Virus record (IMG/VR): IMGVR_UViG_3300045988_001753
Span: 36,355 to 100,354 of that record
DNA length: 64,000 bases
From: a virus
Strand: one strand, 5' to 3'
A program made the translations under genes and the position numbers. This document shows, one piece after another, positions 1 through 10,450 of this stretch. Every line of letters begins with the position of its first letter. The stretch's first letter is position 1. The notes under the pieces were generated by a model, which saw only the letters and a program-made list of their open reading frames with translations, was not told the origin of the DNA and searched no databases.

Positions 1-1
1 T

Positions 2-3000
2 GCCATCAATAAGCCTGAAGGTGTGTATTACCTCCTTGATGCTTGGAGAGATAACTATGAGAATGGAGTACAGCTTGATGATGATAGTGTATATGAGAAG
101 AATGGGGAAATAAACAAGGATAATGCAGCTAAAGGTTTACAATGGACTGAGACATTGAACAATATGTTCCAGAACCTTGATACAGAATCCAGACTTCAAC
201 TCTTAGAGAGAGAAGATGTATGGAATACCATAATGAAGTTACTTCATATGTTAGGTATTGATGCCAATCCTTCTGTATTGAAGACTGCATTAACTGATAT
301 AAAGACAGCTCCAGGTATCACATTTACTGACCCAATTATGCTTCTTTTACCACAATTGAATGTTATATTCAGTGGTATTAAGAAAGGTGAAGTCAAGTCT
401 GAGACAAGGGAGGATGGTACTGAGAAGAGAGGAGACCTTATCAATACTTTTGGCTCTGCTTACAATATGATTGCAAGCATGATGGCAGAAGTTACTGAGG
501 ATGCTATTGAAAGTAGTGTCAGAGAGAATGATAAGTCTTACTATTCTCATGTTACTCCTAACTACTTAGGTAAACTTATTAAAAATCTCAAGAATGTTAT
601 GAATGACAAGGAGAGATTTGAACAGTTTATGCAGACTGAGTTCAAGGATTATGAGTGGTTCTTTAAGGATGGTCATTGGAGAAATGACTGGCTAAGACAG
701 CTTGCAGAGTCTGATGAATTGAGAAGAGGTCTTAACCATAAAGTAGTATTGAACTCTGATAAGGTAGATTATACTAATTGGGATGATTTGGATTATACTT
801 TGGCTCTTCTTACAGAATATTGGGGAGACCCTGATTCTGCAAAGTCAAGTATAAAGTATGCTTGGTATCATGTTCCTATTCTCTCAGATAGCCCTTCTGC
901 TGAGTTTATCAGATTCAGAAAGTACACAACAGGTGATGTACTTGATGAAAATGGTAAGAAGAGAACCTATGATGATGTTATTCTTGATAAGTTGGTAGAC
1001 TTGGTTAATCAAGAGTATGACAGAATTATGCTGGTTAGGGAAAGAGATGAGGCTTATCAGAGTGGAGATAAGAGTGTAGAACCTATTGCCAACTATGATA
1101 TTGTCAGAAAGAAAGATGGGAGTATAAAGAGTATGGGAGGTGCAGAATTTAAGTTCCTTCCTGCACTTAACAACCTCAGATATGACAATGGAGAGGCATT
1201 CATTGATAGGCTAAGCAGACTTAAATCCAAGGGTACTGGTGCTGAACTTAGGAACTTTCTAAGAACTACTCTTAATGACATGATGGAAGATGGTTTTGAA
1301 CAGACCTATAGAGATTGGATGAGGGTAGGACTTTTGGATGAGCTTCCTAATGGCAAGTACAAGTATCTTCCTTTTGAGGGTCAGTCCAAGCAGAATGCAA
1401 TAACTGCAAAGGCACTTATCAAGGCTAAAGATGCCTTAGGTTCATTGTGGAATACCAATATGGAACTGATGCTTAGAGCCTATAACAATAATAGTGCTTT
1501 TGATAGTAGGGAAGCCAATAACCTGATGGAGCAGATTAAGAATTTGCTGACAGATAAGGCAACAAGAGGTGAGATGGAATTGAAAGATGCTCAGTCAATC
1601 TCAAGAAGTCTGTTTGTTAAGAACAATGCTAAGGATGCACTTAGGGAATACTATTGGAACAGTAAGTTAGCTACTTCACAGATTATCCAGCTTACTACTA
1701 CTGACCTTGCCTTCTATAAGAACCTTGAGGACTTTCAGAAGAGATATAAGGAGGTTCATGCTCCTGCCCTTAGACTGAATACTAAGGCTACTTATAAAGG
1801 TGAGAGAATTGGTAGGGACTGGGAAAGAACCATCTACTTGAAGGATGATGAGATAGTATCTTCTGTACTTGAAGACATCAAGACTGTACTTGATGAAAGG
1901 GTTAGAAGAAATGAAATGACCAAGATAGACAGAGATAATATCATCAGCAAGTTTAGAAATGTGAATGTAGCAGATGCTCAGGCATATAGAAGTTTGAGTT
2001 CCTATAGGGCAATACTTGGCATGTCAGGTCAGTGGACAGATGATATGGAGCAGGCATATAACAACTTCAAGAATGGAGATTGGAATATTAAAGACTTCAA
2101 TATCATTTGGCAGACTAAGAAGCCTTATGTTTATACACAAGTCAATAATAACAGTGGCATTGAAGGTCATACTGGAATTAAGACTCCTGTACAGCATAAG
2201 AACTCAGAGTTCCTATTACTTGCTATGCACGAACTAATTGCTGGTCCTTTAGGAAGGTCAGGTAAGCTGAAAGCCATAAATAAGTTTATGGAGGATAATC
2301 AGATTGATGTAGTTCAGTTTGAATCTACTACTAAGGTTGGAAAACAAGGTGTAATAGATTTGAATGATGTTAATACAGAGGCTGATGTAATCCAAAGACT
2401 TAAAGATACCACAGGTATTGGATTTGGTAATGAGAATCCTAATGTAGTACATAAGGTATCTTATGAAGATTATGGTATTCAGACTGCAACTCCTGAACAT
2501 GCTATTGATGCAGTTCAGTTAGTAGGTACTCAGATTAGAAAGTTAATTACTGCTGACATCTCTGATGACACAATCATTGAGGTTAATGGTAAGAAGATGA
2601 CTAAGAAAGAGTGGCTTGACCTGTATAATGCTATCAATACAGAGAATATTCTTCAAGCATTTGCTGATGTAGATAAGATATTCAAAGACCCAAAGAAGGT
2701 AGAGGAAATCTTACTTGAAGAGATAAGAGGTAATCAAAGATATGGTATGGATATGATGAGGGCTTGTACTCTTGATGAGAACAATAACTTCAATATACCT
2801 CTCTTTGACCCTGTGCAATCTCAAAGAGTACAGACACTTCTTAATAGTGTAATCAAGAGTAGAATCACTAAACAGAAGATTAGAGGAGGAGCTTTAATTC
2901 AGGTGTCTGATTATGGCTTAACTGACCAACTGAGTATTGTATTCAAAGATAAGAATGGCAATCCTTTGAATTACGAACTTTACAAAAAGAAGTATCCTAA

Positions 3001-6000
3001 TGCTACAAGAGAAAGCTATGAAGAATTTGTCAAGAATGCCCAAAAGGAAGGTAAGTTGTCTATCATGTATCTTGAGTGCTATATGCCTGCATATAGTAGA
3101 GAGTTTTATGAGCCTCTCATGGACCCAAATACTCACCAGCTTGATGTAACTAAACTTCCTGAGGATTTGAGAAAGTTGATTGGATATAGAGTTCCAACAG
3201 AGGATAAGTACTCAATGGCTCCTCTGTATATTAAGGGATTCCTTCCTCAACAGAATGGTTCTGCAATCATGCTTCCTGCTGAGATTACTACTCTATCAGG
3301 TTCTGACTTTGATGTGGATAAGATGTATATCATGTTGCCAGAGTTTAGAATACTGGATAGGTATAGAATCAAGGATGCTTGGGATGACTTCTATACTGAC
3401 CCAGCTAATGCTGACATTGTAGAAGAAATTGATAGGAACATAGGAATTGCTTTTGAAGACTATCAAAGAAAACACCCTGAGGATGAGCTTGATATAGATG
3501 ATTATATTGAGTTTGTTCAAGACCAAGGTGTCAGAAAGTACCAGTTCTCTGAAACTGCAAGGGACAGATTCAAGGAGTGGTTCAAGTCAAGAAAAAAGCA
3601 ATACTCTCTGGGTAAGGGTAAGATTGTAAAGGTAAAGTATGACTTCAACAAGTCTCCACAGGAGAATAGTCTTGAGGCAAGAAATAACTTGCTGATAGAT
3701 ATGATGTATGGAGTCCTGACTAATGCAGATACAGCTTCAAAGATTCTTAACCCAGGTGGTTTTGACTATCAGAAGAAGTCTGCAAGAATAATGACTATTC
3801 TCAATGATTCTTATGAGAGTGATTTGGTTAAGGCTCTAAATGAAGGTGGTGTTAAGTTTAATAAGACTATTAAAAGGGCAGGAAAGGAAATAAAAGCCCC
3901 AATATCTTCCTACCTTTTTGACTTGCCATTAGAGTTATCTAATGAGGAGAGAGAGGAAAGGAAGAAGAAAGGGGAGCCTTTCATAAGTCTTACTGAATTA
4001 GCAGAGAAAACAAAGGTCAAAATGGACCCATTATCACCAAGAACTCAAGTAATGTTACATCAACAGAACATGACTGGTGCTAAGTTGATTGGTATTTATG
4101 CCAACCATAATGCAAACCATGCTTTGATGCAACATACTCAGTTGGCTTTGGATGAAGAAAATGGCTCATTTGTATTGAATGGAAAGAGACTTACATCTCT
4201 ACATGATATTATGAATGGTGACAAGGAATTTATCTCAAAGAATAATGCTGGATTCTTGGCTGCTTCTGTGGACAATGTTAAAGACCCTGTGCTTGCAGCA
4301 CTTAATCAGAATACTTTCACTGCTGATGCTTCTATGCTTCTTTCAAGATTAGGTTATAATCCTATTGAGATAGGTCTGCTAATGATGCAGCCTATAGTTC
4401 AAGAGATTACTCAGACCTATTTTAGAGAGAGTAGAGAAGGTAAAGGTAAAGATACCATCATTGATGAAGTATTGGATAAGTATAAGGAGAAGGCTGCTCT
4501 TAATAATGACTTGACTTATGATAACTACAAGAATAATAGCTTCTACATTGAAGAGCTTGCAGATAACATAATGCTTGCTAAGGAAGCTGTTACTGACAGG
4601 TCTCAGACTTCTGATTTCAGAAAGATTGAGTTCTATCAGAAACAAGTTGCAGTTGGATATTTGTTCAAGAGAATTATGAACTCTGCTGATGCTTTGGGAC
4701 AGTTAGTACAGGCTACAAGGTCTGATACCCAAGGAGGTGCTGCTGGTCCTACTATTGCAGATACAGAGTTAAAGATGCAGAAAGTGAAAGACCTGTTAGA
4801 CCAAATAGAGAATAATGACAAGTTCCCATTGAAGAATGCCAATGTAATACTTGATGGTCTGTTATCAGACAATCCTGACACTGACACTCTAAGAGAAAGA
4901 CTATTGTCAGCTCCTCTCCCTTTCTTACAGGCTTTCTATACTCTTGGCTTGCAGAAGACAGAAGAAATGTTAGGGTCTTATTTCCCTCAATATACTGAAT
5001 CATTCAGGACTGTAATTGATGACCTTAGAGACATGACTAAGACTGGTAAGTTGAATGTAAAGACTATGAATAGTATTTATAATGACTTGCTTGCCTATAT
5101 CATGTCAAAGAATGGATTCTTTGGTTCTGAATTGATTGTAAACCCTGACTCAGAAGTAGGTGATATTATTGTAACTTCCTCTGATAAGAGAAAGGATTTC
5201 ATCAATAACTTCCCTGAATACTTCAAGAGAGTGGTTACAGATAATGAGGATATAGCTGACCTTGAATTTATTAAGAGGCTCAAGGTAATTAGGGCAAATG
5301 ACAGTAATCCTGTAGACACAGTAGTGTTTAAGAATGTGGGTCAGTTAAGTCCTACTTTGAGAGAAAGATATATGAGGGATTGGGCATCTCTATTATATAT
5401 GAGTAACCCAGAAGCTCAGAAACTTGCTCTTAATCTATTCAGATATAGCTATTATAGAAATGGCTTTGCATTTGGACCTTCAACCTTCATCCATTTGGCA
5501 CCTGTGGCAGTGAGAAATGCTATCCCAGAGTACATAAGTACATTGAGAACTCTCTTGTCATCAAGTGATGATTATAGTCAATTTGTAGACCAATATGTCT
5601 ATAACCACTTGGATAACAGAAAGTTGGTTCCTGAAATCCCTGATACAGCCTCTGTCCAATTCATAGGAGAGGATAATGAAGTTAAGGATGAAGTTACATT
5701 TGTAATTGATGATAATGCTACCTTTGGAGATAAGAAAGTTATCAAGAAAAGGATAGATACTCCTGATGGTCCTGCTTATGACTTCTTTAGGTATATAGGT
5801 AAGAGAATTAGAGGAAACTATGTCTATTACAAACTGACTTCATTAGGTACTGAACAAACTAATGTTGCAACCTATGAAAGGATTGAACCATTAGGCTTCA
5901 GAAACAGCTTTATTGAATATGAATATGGTAAGGATGTGGAAGAGATGGAAACTGTAATTGATAAGAACAGGAAAGATTATGACCCTTATGCAGATACATT

Positions 6001-6247
6001 GTCAAGATTTGACCTTGGAGATGCTGAGGTTGATTATGATTCTATGCCTGACTATCAAGATATGCCTCAAGAGTATTGGGATTCTATTCCACAAGTAGAT
6101 ACTGATGCTTTCCAACAGGTATATGGTACTCCTCTTGATACTTCTGCTCCAAAGGCTGATGATGTAACAGCTATTCAACCTAATACAGAGTATAAGGATG
6201 AGAATGGTGATAGTATTTGTGGTGCTCCAACATTATATAGTTTATAA
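2..6247 (+). CDS. virion-packaged RNA polymerase (crAss-like vRNAP), N-terminus cut by window edge
   Basis: The frame is open from nt 2 (no stop before the track start at 23), giving 2074+ aa. GSDFDVDKMY (DFDVD = nt 3304-3318) matches the DxDxD metal-binding loop of the two-barrel virion RNAP of crAss-like phages (phi14:2 gp66 class). Giant size fits. Confidence 0.75.
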   Translation, partial: AINKPEGVYYLLDAWRDNYENGVQLDDDSVYEKNGEINKDNAAKGLQWTETLNNMFQNLDTESRLQLLEREDVWNTIMKLLHMLGIDANPSVLKTALTDIKTAPGITFTDPIMLLLPQLNVIFSGIKKGEVKSETREDGTEKRGDLINTFGSAYNMIASMMAEVTEDAIESSVRENDKSYYSHVTPNYLGKLIKNLKNVMNDKERFEQFMQTEFKDYEWFFKDGHWRNDWLRQLAESDELRRGLNHKVVLNSDKVDYTNWDDLDYTLALLTEYWGDPDSAKSSIKYAWYHVPILSDSPSAEFIRFRKYTTGDVLDENGKKRTYDDVILDKLVDLVNQEYDRIMLVRERDEAYQSGDKSVEPIANYDIVRKKDGSIKSMGGAEFKFLPALNNLRYDNGEAFIDRLSRLKSKGTGAELRNFLRTTLNDMMEDGFEQTYRDWMRVGLLDELPNGKYKYLPFEGQSKQNAITAKALIKAKDALGSLWNTNMELMLRAYNNNSAFDSREANNLMEQIKNLLTDKATRGEMELKDAQSISRSLFVKNNAKDALREYYWNSKLATSQIIQLTTTDLAFYKNLEDFQKRYKEVHAPALRLNTKATYKGERIGRDWERTIYLKDDEIVSSVLEDIKTVLDERVRRNEMTKIDRDNIISKFRNVNVADAQAYRSLSSYRAILGMSGQWTDDMEQAYNNFKNGDWNIKDFNIIWQTKKPYVYTQVNNNSGIEGHTGIKTPVQHKNSEFLLLAMHELIAGPLGRSGKLKAINKFMEDNQIDVVQFESTTKVGKQGVIDLNDVNTEADVIQRLKDTTGIGFGNENPNVVHKVSYEDYGIQTATPEHAIDAVQLVGTQIRKLITADISDDTIIEVNGKKMTKKEWLDLYNAINTENILQAFADVDKIFKDPKKVEEILLEEIRGNQRYGMDMMRACTLDENNNFNIPLFDPVQSQRVQTLLNSVIKSRITKQKIRGGALIQVSDYGLTDQLSIVFKDKNGNPLNYELYKKKYPNATRESYEEFVKNAQKEGKLSIMYLECYMPAYSREFYEPLMDPNTHQLDVTKLPEDLRKLIGYRVPTEDKYSMAPLYIKGFLPQQNGSAIMLPAEITTLSGSDFDVDKMYIMLPEFRILDRYRIKDAWDDFYTDPANADIVEEIDRNIGIAFEDYQRKHPEDELDIDDYIEFVQDQGVRKYQFSETARDRFKEWFKSRKKQYSLGKGKIVKVKYDFNKSPQENSLEARNNLLIDMMYGVLTNADTASKILNPGGFDYQKKSARIMTILNDSYESDLVKALNEGGVKFNKTIKRAGKEIKAPISSYLFDLPLELSNEEREERKKKGEPFISLTELAEKTKVKMDPLSPRTQVMLHQQNMTGAKLIGIYANHNANHALMQHTQLALDEENGSFVLNGKRLTSLHDIMNGDKEFISKNNAGFLAASVDNVKDPVLAALNQNTFTADASMLLSRLGYNPIEIGLLMMQPIVQEITQTYFRESREGKGKDTIIDEVLDKYKEKAALNNDLTYDNYKNNSFYIEELADNIMLAKEAVTDRSQTSDFRKIEFYQKQVAVGYLFKRIMNSADALGQLVQATRSDTQGGAAGPTIADTELKMQKVKDLLDQIENNDKFPLKNANVILDGLLSDNPDTDTLRERLLSAPLPFLQAFYTLGLQKTEEMLGSYFPQYTESFRTVIDDLRDMTKTGKLNVKTMNSIYNDLLAYIMSKNGFFGSELIVNPDSEVGDIIVTSSDKRKDFINNFPEYFKRVVTDNEDIADLEFIKRLKVIRANDSNPVDTVVFKNVGQLSPTLRERYMRDWASLLYMSNPEAQKLALNLFRYSYYRNGFAFGPSTFIHLAPVAVRNAIPEYISTLRTLLSSSDDYSQFVDQYVYNHLDNRKLVPEIPDTASVQFIGEDNEVKDEVTFVIDDNATFGDKKVIKKRIDTPDGPAYDFFRYIGKRIRGNYVYYKLTSLGTEQTNVATYERIEPLGFRNSFIEYEYGKDVEEMETVIDKNRKDYDPYADTLSRFDLGDAEVDYDSMPDYQDMPQEYWDSIPQVDTDAFQQVYGTPLDTSAPKADDVTAIQPNTEYKDENGDSICGAPTLYSL

Positions 6248-6250
6248 GAT

Positions 6251-9200
6251 ATGGCAAGAAGTTGTGCAATTATTCCAAAGGTAAAGAATAGAAATGGTCA
6301 AGTAGTGGACAGCAAGTTATTTAAGGACTTGCTGTCCTTCACTTCAAACAATAGAAGTGAGGCTACAAGACTATATCTTATCACAAAAGCTGACTCTTTT
6401 ATAAGAGATTGGAATCCAAGGCTAACATTAGATGAAAACAATGAACCTACATTGAGAAGTTTGCTAAAGCAGACTAATCTCAGTAAAGTCATTCCAGAAA
6501 CTAAAGTACTTGAGAGACTTAATAGGGAGATTGGGTACTATAAGAAAGGAATGGACAGACCAGCCCTATGGGTAAACAATGATGAGAATTATCAAAAGTT
6601 GAAACAAAGGGCTATAGCCTTTAATCAGAACTCAGAGTATAGGGATGATTATGTGGCTAATATAGTTAAGATTCAAGACAGTGAATCTCCAAGAGTATTC
6701 ATTGGAGTAAAGGTTGAGAAAAGAAACAGGTTTAACTCTATTAATGCAGATAAGATGGAATACAATGAAAACCTTAATAACAGGTTGAGGGGTATTCTTG
6801 AGTCTCATGGAATAGGGATAGGTGCTTTGACTGACCTTGAAAAGAGAATGGGTGTTCATGGTGTGACTGATTTTGATGTTGCAAGAAATGCAGCAAATGG
6901 TCTTGTTGAAATGATTAGGCTTGCTGATGGTATTCAAGGTGAAAGAGCACTTCCTGAGGAATTTGCACACTTTGCCATTGAAGCTATGGGAGATAATCCA
7001 CTTATCACAAGACTTATCAATAATATATCTTCCAATGGACTGGCAAGAGAAATTATAGGTGAGGACTATGATACCTATGATACTCTATATCATAGTGATG
7101 AGATTAAGTTGGCAAAAGAAGCTGCGGGTAAATTACTTGCAAAGCATCTTCTTCAAGGTGAGAATATCCCATCTGCTCCTTATAAGAATCTACTGCAAAG
7201 AGTAATCCAAGCAGTTAAGAATTTCTTTAAGAATATTAGTGCAAGTCCTATACAAAGAGCCATGAAGGAGGCTGACAAGAACTTTGGTTCTTTAGCGCAG
7301 CAAATACTTAATGGCAGCATGGATGAGGCTATTGATGTTAGCAATATAGCTTCAAATGGGGTATTTTACAGTACCTCAGAGAGAGTGGCAAGAGATAAGA
7401 AGTTACTTCAAGGAATCATTGAGAATGAGTTGAAGAGATTGAAGATTTATGAAAAGAGAAATCCTAATAGCCAGTTTAGTGCTAATCAAAGGTTACTAAT
7501 TGATAGATTGGATATTGAATTAGCTGATAACAATGAGATTGAAGGTATTTATACTTTTGTTGAGAATGCTCTTGAAGAATTAACCAAGGTAAGTGACAGG
7601 CTTACTATGCTACAAAATACTCCTGCTACTAATGTTAATGAGAGAGCCAGAGTACTAAGAGATGTCAGAAACTACTTGTATAGTTACAAGCATATTACTG
7701 ATGATATTAGGAAGGCTCTTATTGATGAAGAGAAGTATGCAGACAATAGATATGGTCAGAGAGTAAGGGTAGTATTGGACAATACAACTACATTACTTGG
7801 AGACTTGTTTGTTAGATACAACAATGTGGCAATGCCTCTCTTTGTTGATTTCATTAAACCTTTTGTAGGAGAGAGTATAACTGTTCCTTTTGGCAAGTTC
7901 AAAGGCAAGACTATGACTGCTGAAGACTTGGTTAAGATAGCTGACAAGGACATATCTTTCTTTGACAGATGGCTTGACTCTATGGCAGACTCTTCAGATT
8001 ATATGCTGAAAGTTATGGACCAAGCTGTCAAGAAGAGTAAAGAAAATGCAAGGTTGGAGACTATCAATGTTATGAAGGAGCTTCAAGCTGCTACCATTAA
8101 GTTAGAGCAAGCTGGAGTTAAGAGCACTGATTGGATGTTTGAAAGAGACAGTAAAGGCAATCTTACAGGTAATTATATCTCTGAGATTAATCAAGGTCTA
8201 TTCAAAGAGAAAGTCAGGGAAATGTTCAAGTCTCTTAATGAGAAGTATGGTAAGAATCCTGTAGGAGATAATGCAGAGAAGTACAGAAAGGAGAGACAAG
8301 CTTGGTTTGATGCTAATATGGAGGTAGTCAATGGAAAGAAGCAACCTAAAGTATCAATCTATGGCAATAAGGCTTATCAGAACTTGAATCCTGCCCAGAA
8401 AGAATACTACAACAAGATTATGGAGATAAAAGCCAAGCTGGATTCATACCTTCCTGACAAGTACACTACCTTAACTAATGCAGTTAAAATCAGAAAGAAC
8501 CTACTTGAAAGAGTAAAGGCATCTGATGGTGTAAAGTCAGGTAGTACACAAGTATGGGAAGCTGTTAAAGACCAATTCATTAGAAGAACAGATGACACTG
8601 AGTTTGGAGATAGGGCTACAGTAAAGGACTTTGAAGGTAAAGAGGTGCAAGTACTTCCTATCTACTATACTAAGATGAAAGAGGGTGAAAGCCCTAATGA
8701 CCTATCTACTGATATAGTATCTACTCTCACAGCTTATGCAGCTATGGCTAATGACTTCAATGAAATGAATAAAGTAATTGATGTTCTTGAGCTTGGTAGG
8801 GATATGCTAAAGGAGAGGGAGATTATACAGACAAGAGGTGGTAAACCACTGGTTGAGAAGTTTAAGTCTGTAGGTAGGAGAGTAGAATCTACTCTCACTA
8901 AGTCTGGTGATGAAACAAGATTTATGCAGAGACTAAATGACTTCTTTGAGATGCAGGTCTATGGTAGATACATGGCTGATGAAGGCACATTTGGTAATAC
9001 TAAAATTGATAAAGGAAAGGTGGCTAACTTTGTTAATAGGATGACTTCTCTTAATACATTAGCTGTCAATGTACTATCAGGTATTTCCAATGTGGCTACT
9101 GGTGGAGTTATGATGAGGATTGAATCTTTCTCTGGAGAGTTCTTTAATGAATCTAATACTCTAAGAGCTGACAGGAACTATGGTCAAGCCCTACCTGAAT

Positions 9201-10306
9201 TTCTTGCAGAGATTGGTAATAGAGTCAAGACAAGTAAACTTGCTTTGTGGGATGAATTATTCAATGTAATGCAGGAATATGAGACTGATGTTAAGGAAGT
9301 AAATTTTGACAGAAAGACTTGGTTCAGTAGAATGTTTGGTACCTCTGCTTTATTCCTTATGAATAATGCTGGTGAACATTGGATGCAGAATAGAACCTCA
9401 TTAGCACTTGCAGATGCTTATAAAATGAAAGCTCCTGATGGTAAAATAGTGTCTCTATGGGATGCTATGGAAGTGGTTCCTATTGATAAGAATAACAAGA
9501 AATTAGGTGCTAAGTTACAGTTAAAGCAAGGTTATACTAAGGAAGATGGGTCTGCATTTACAAGAGATGATATTATAGCATTCAGTAGGAAATCTGCTGC
9601 TATAAATCAGAGAATGCACGGTATTTACAATAAGGCTGACAGAAGTGCAGTACAAAGGTTAGCTGTGGGTAGAATGGGTGTCATGTTTAGAAAGTGGATT
9701 AAGCCATCTTTGAACAGAAGATTCAAGTCTGCCACATATAACTATGACTTGCAAGCATGGACAGAAGGTTACTATAATACCACAGGTAGGTTCTTGATGC
9801 AGCTTGCTAAGGAATTGAAAGAAGGTCAGTTTACATTAGCTGCAAATTGGAACCAACTTTCCAAGACTGAGAAAGCAAATATCAAGAGAGCTGCAACTGA
9901 AGTAGGACACTTCTTAGCAGTAGCACTTGTACTTGGTCTTATGGACTGGTCAGATGACAAGGATAGACCTTGGTTGGCTAAGATGGCAGAATATCAGGCA
10001 AGAAGATTATACACTGAATTAGGTTCATTGATTCCTGGACCTCAGATGGTTGGAGAAGGATTGAAGATTATAAAGTCTCCTGCTGCTGGCATTAATACTC
10101 TTGAAAATACTCTTGATTTAATTGGACTTATGAATCCATTTAATTATGAAGTATTTGCTGGAGAAGATGCTTTGATACAATCAGGCAGATATAAAGGAGA
10201 GTCTAAGGCAACAAGACTATTCTTTGAATCTCCACTTATTCCAATGAACAAAACTATTTATAGAGGTTTGCATCCTGAGGAAGGTATTCCATTCTTTAAG
10301 CAATAA
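6251..10306 (+). CDS. giant virion/cargo protein adjacent to vRNAP (function unknown)
   Basis: 1351-aa ORF with an ATG 4 nt after the vRNAP stop. No catalytic motif recognised. Hydrophobic helix ATEVGHFLAVALVLGLMDW lies near the C-terminus and a hairpin+T10 terminator follows. The position matches the large-protein block next to vRNAP in crAss-like phages. Confidence 0.6.
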   Translation: MARSCAIIPKVKNRNGQVVDSKLFKDLLSFTSNNRSEATRLYLITKADSFIRDWNPRLTLDENNEPTLRSLLKQTNLSKVIPETKVLERLNREIGYYKKGMDRPALWVNNDENYQKLKQRAIAFNQNSEYRDDYVANIVKIQDSESPRVFIGVKVEKRNRFNSINADKMEYNENLNNRLRGILESHGIGIGALTDLEKRMGVHGVTDFDVARNAANGLVEMIRLADGIQGERALPEEFAHFAIEAMGDNPLITRLINNISSNGLAREIIGEDYDTYDTLYHSDEIKLAKEAAGKLLAKHLLQGENIPSAPYKNLLQRVIQAVKNFFKNISASPIQRAMKEADKNFGSLAQQILNGSMDEAIDVSNIASNGVFYSTSERVARDKKLLQGIIENELKRLKIYEKRNPNSQFSANQRLLIDRLDIELADNNEIEGIYTFVENALEELTKVSDRLTMLQNTPATNVNERARVLRDVRNYLYSYKHITDDIRKALIDEEKYADNRYGQRVRVVLDNTTTLLGDLFVRYNNVAMPLFVDFIKPFVGESITVPFGKFKGKTMTAEDLVKIADKDISFFDRWLDSMADSSDYMLKVMDQAVKKSKENARLETINVMKELQAATIKLEQAGVKSTDWMFERDSKGNLTGNYISEINQGLFKEKVREMFKSLNEKYGKNPVGDNAEKYRKERQAWFDANMEVVNGKKQPKVSIYGNKAYQNLNPAQKEYYNKIMEIKAKLDSYLPDKYTTLTNAVKIRKNLLERVKASDGVKSGSTQVWEAVKDQFIRRTDDTEFGDRATVKDFEGKEVQVLPIYYTKMKEGESPNDLSTDIVSTLTAYAAMANDFNEMNKVIDVLELGRDMLKEREIIQTRGGKPLVEKFKSVGRRVESTLTKSGDETRFMQRLNDFFEMQVYGRYMADEGTFGNTKIDKGKVANFVNRMTSLNTLAVNVLSGISNVATGGVMMRIESFSGEFFNESNTLRADRNYGQALPEFLAEIGNRVKTSKLALWDELFNVMQEYETDVKEVNFDRKTWFSRMFGTSALFLMNNAGEHWMQNRTSLALADAYKMKAPDGKIVSLWDAMEVVPIDKNNKKLGAKLQLKQGYTKEDGSAFTRDDIIAFSRKSAAINQRMHGIYNKADRSAVQRLAVGRMGVMFRKWIKPSLNRRFKSATYNYDLQAWTEGYYNTTGRFLMQLAKELKEGQFTLAANWNQLSKTEKANIKRAATEVGHFLAVALVLGLMDWSDDKDRPWLAKMAEYQARRLYTELGSLIPGPQMVGEGLKIIKSPAAGINTLENTLDLIGLMNPFNYEVFAGEDALIQSGRYKGESKATRLFFESPLIPMNKTIYRGLHPEEGIPFFKQ

Positions 10307-10313
10307 TAGCAAA

Positions 10314-10362
10314 TAGGGAGAGTGAGTAAATTAAGTTTTACTCCTCTCCCTATTTTTTTTTT
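10314..10362 (+). terminator. rho-independent terminator of the vRNAP arm
   Basis: TAGGGAGAG...CTCTCCCTA stem with an inner GAGTAAA/TTTACTC stem, followed by T10. Confidence 0.8.
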
Positions 10363-10371
10363 ACATAAATG

Positions 10372-10428
10372 AAAGGGTCAAAAATACCCCTATACTAATT
10401 ACAGCATAGGGTTATTCTTGACCCCTTT
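10372..10428 (-). terminator. hairpin terminating the minus-strand late arm (convergent with the previous terminator)
   Basis: AAGGGGTCAA...TTGACCCTT outer stem and CCCTAT/ATAGGG inner stem just downstream of the 2353-aa ORF stop. The U-tract is weak (UUUCAUUU). Confidence 0.5.
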
Positions 10429-10450
10429 ATAAAAAATTTCATCCTGCTGA

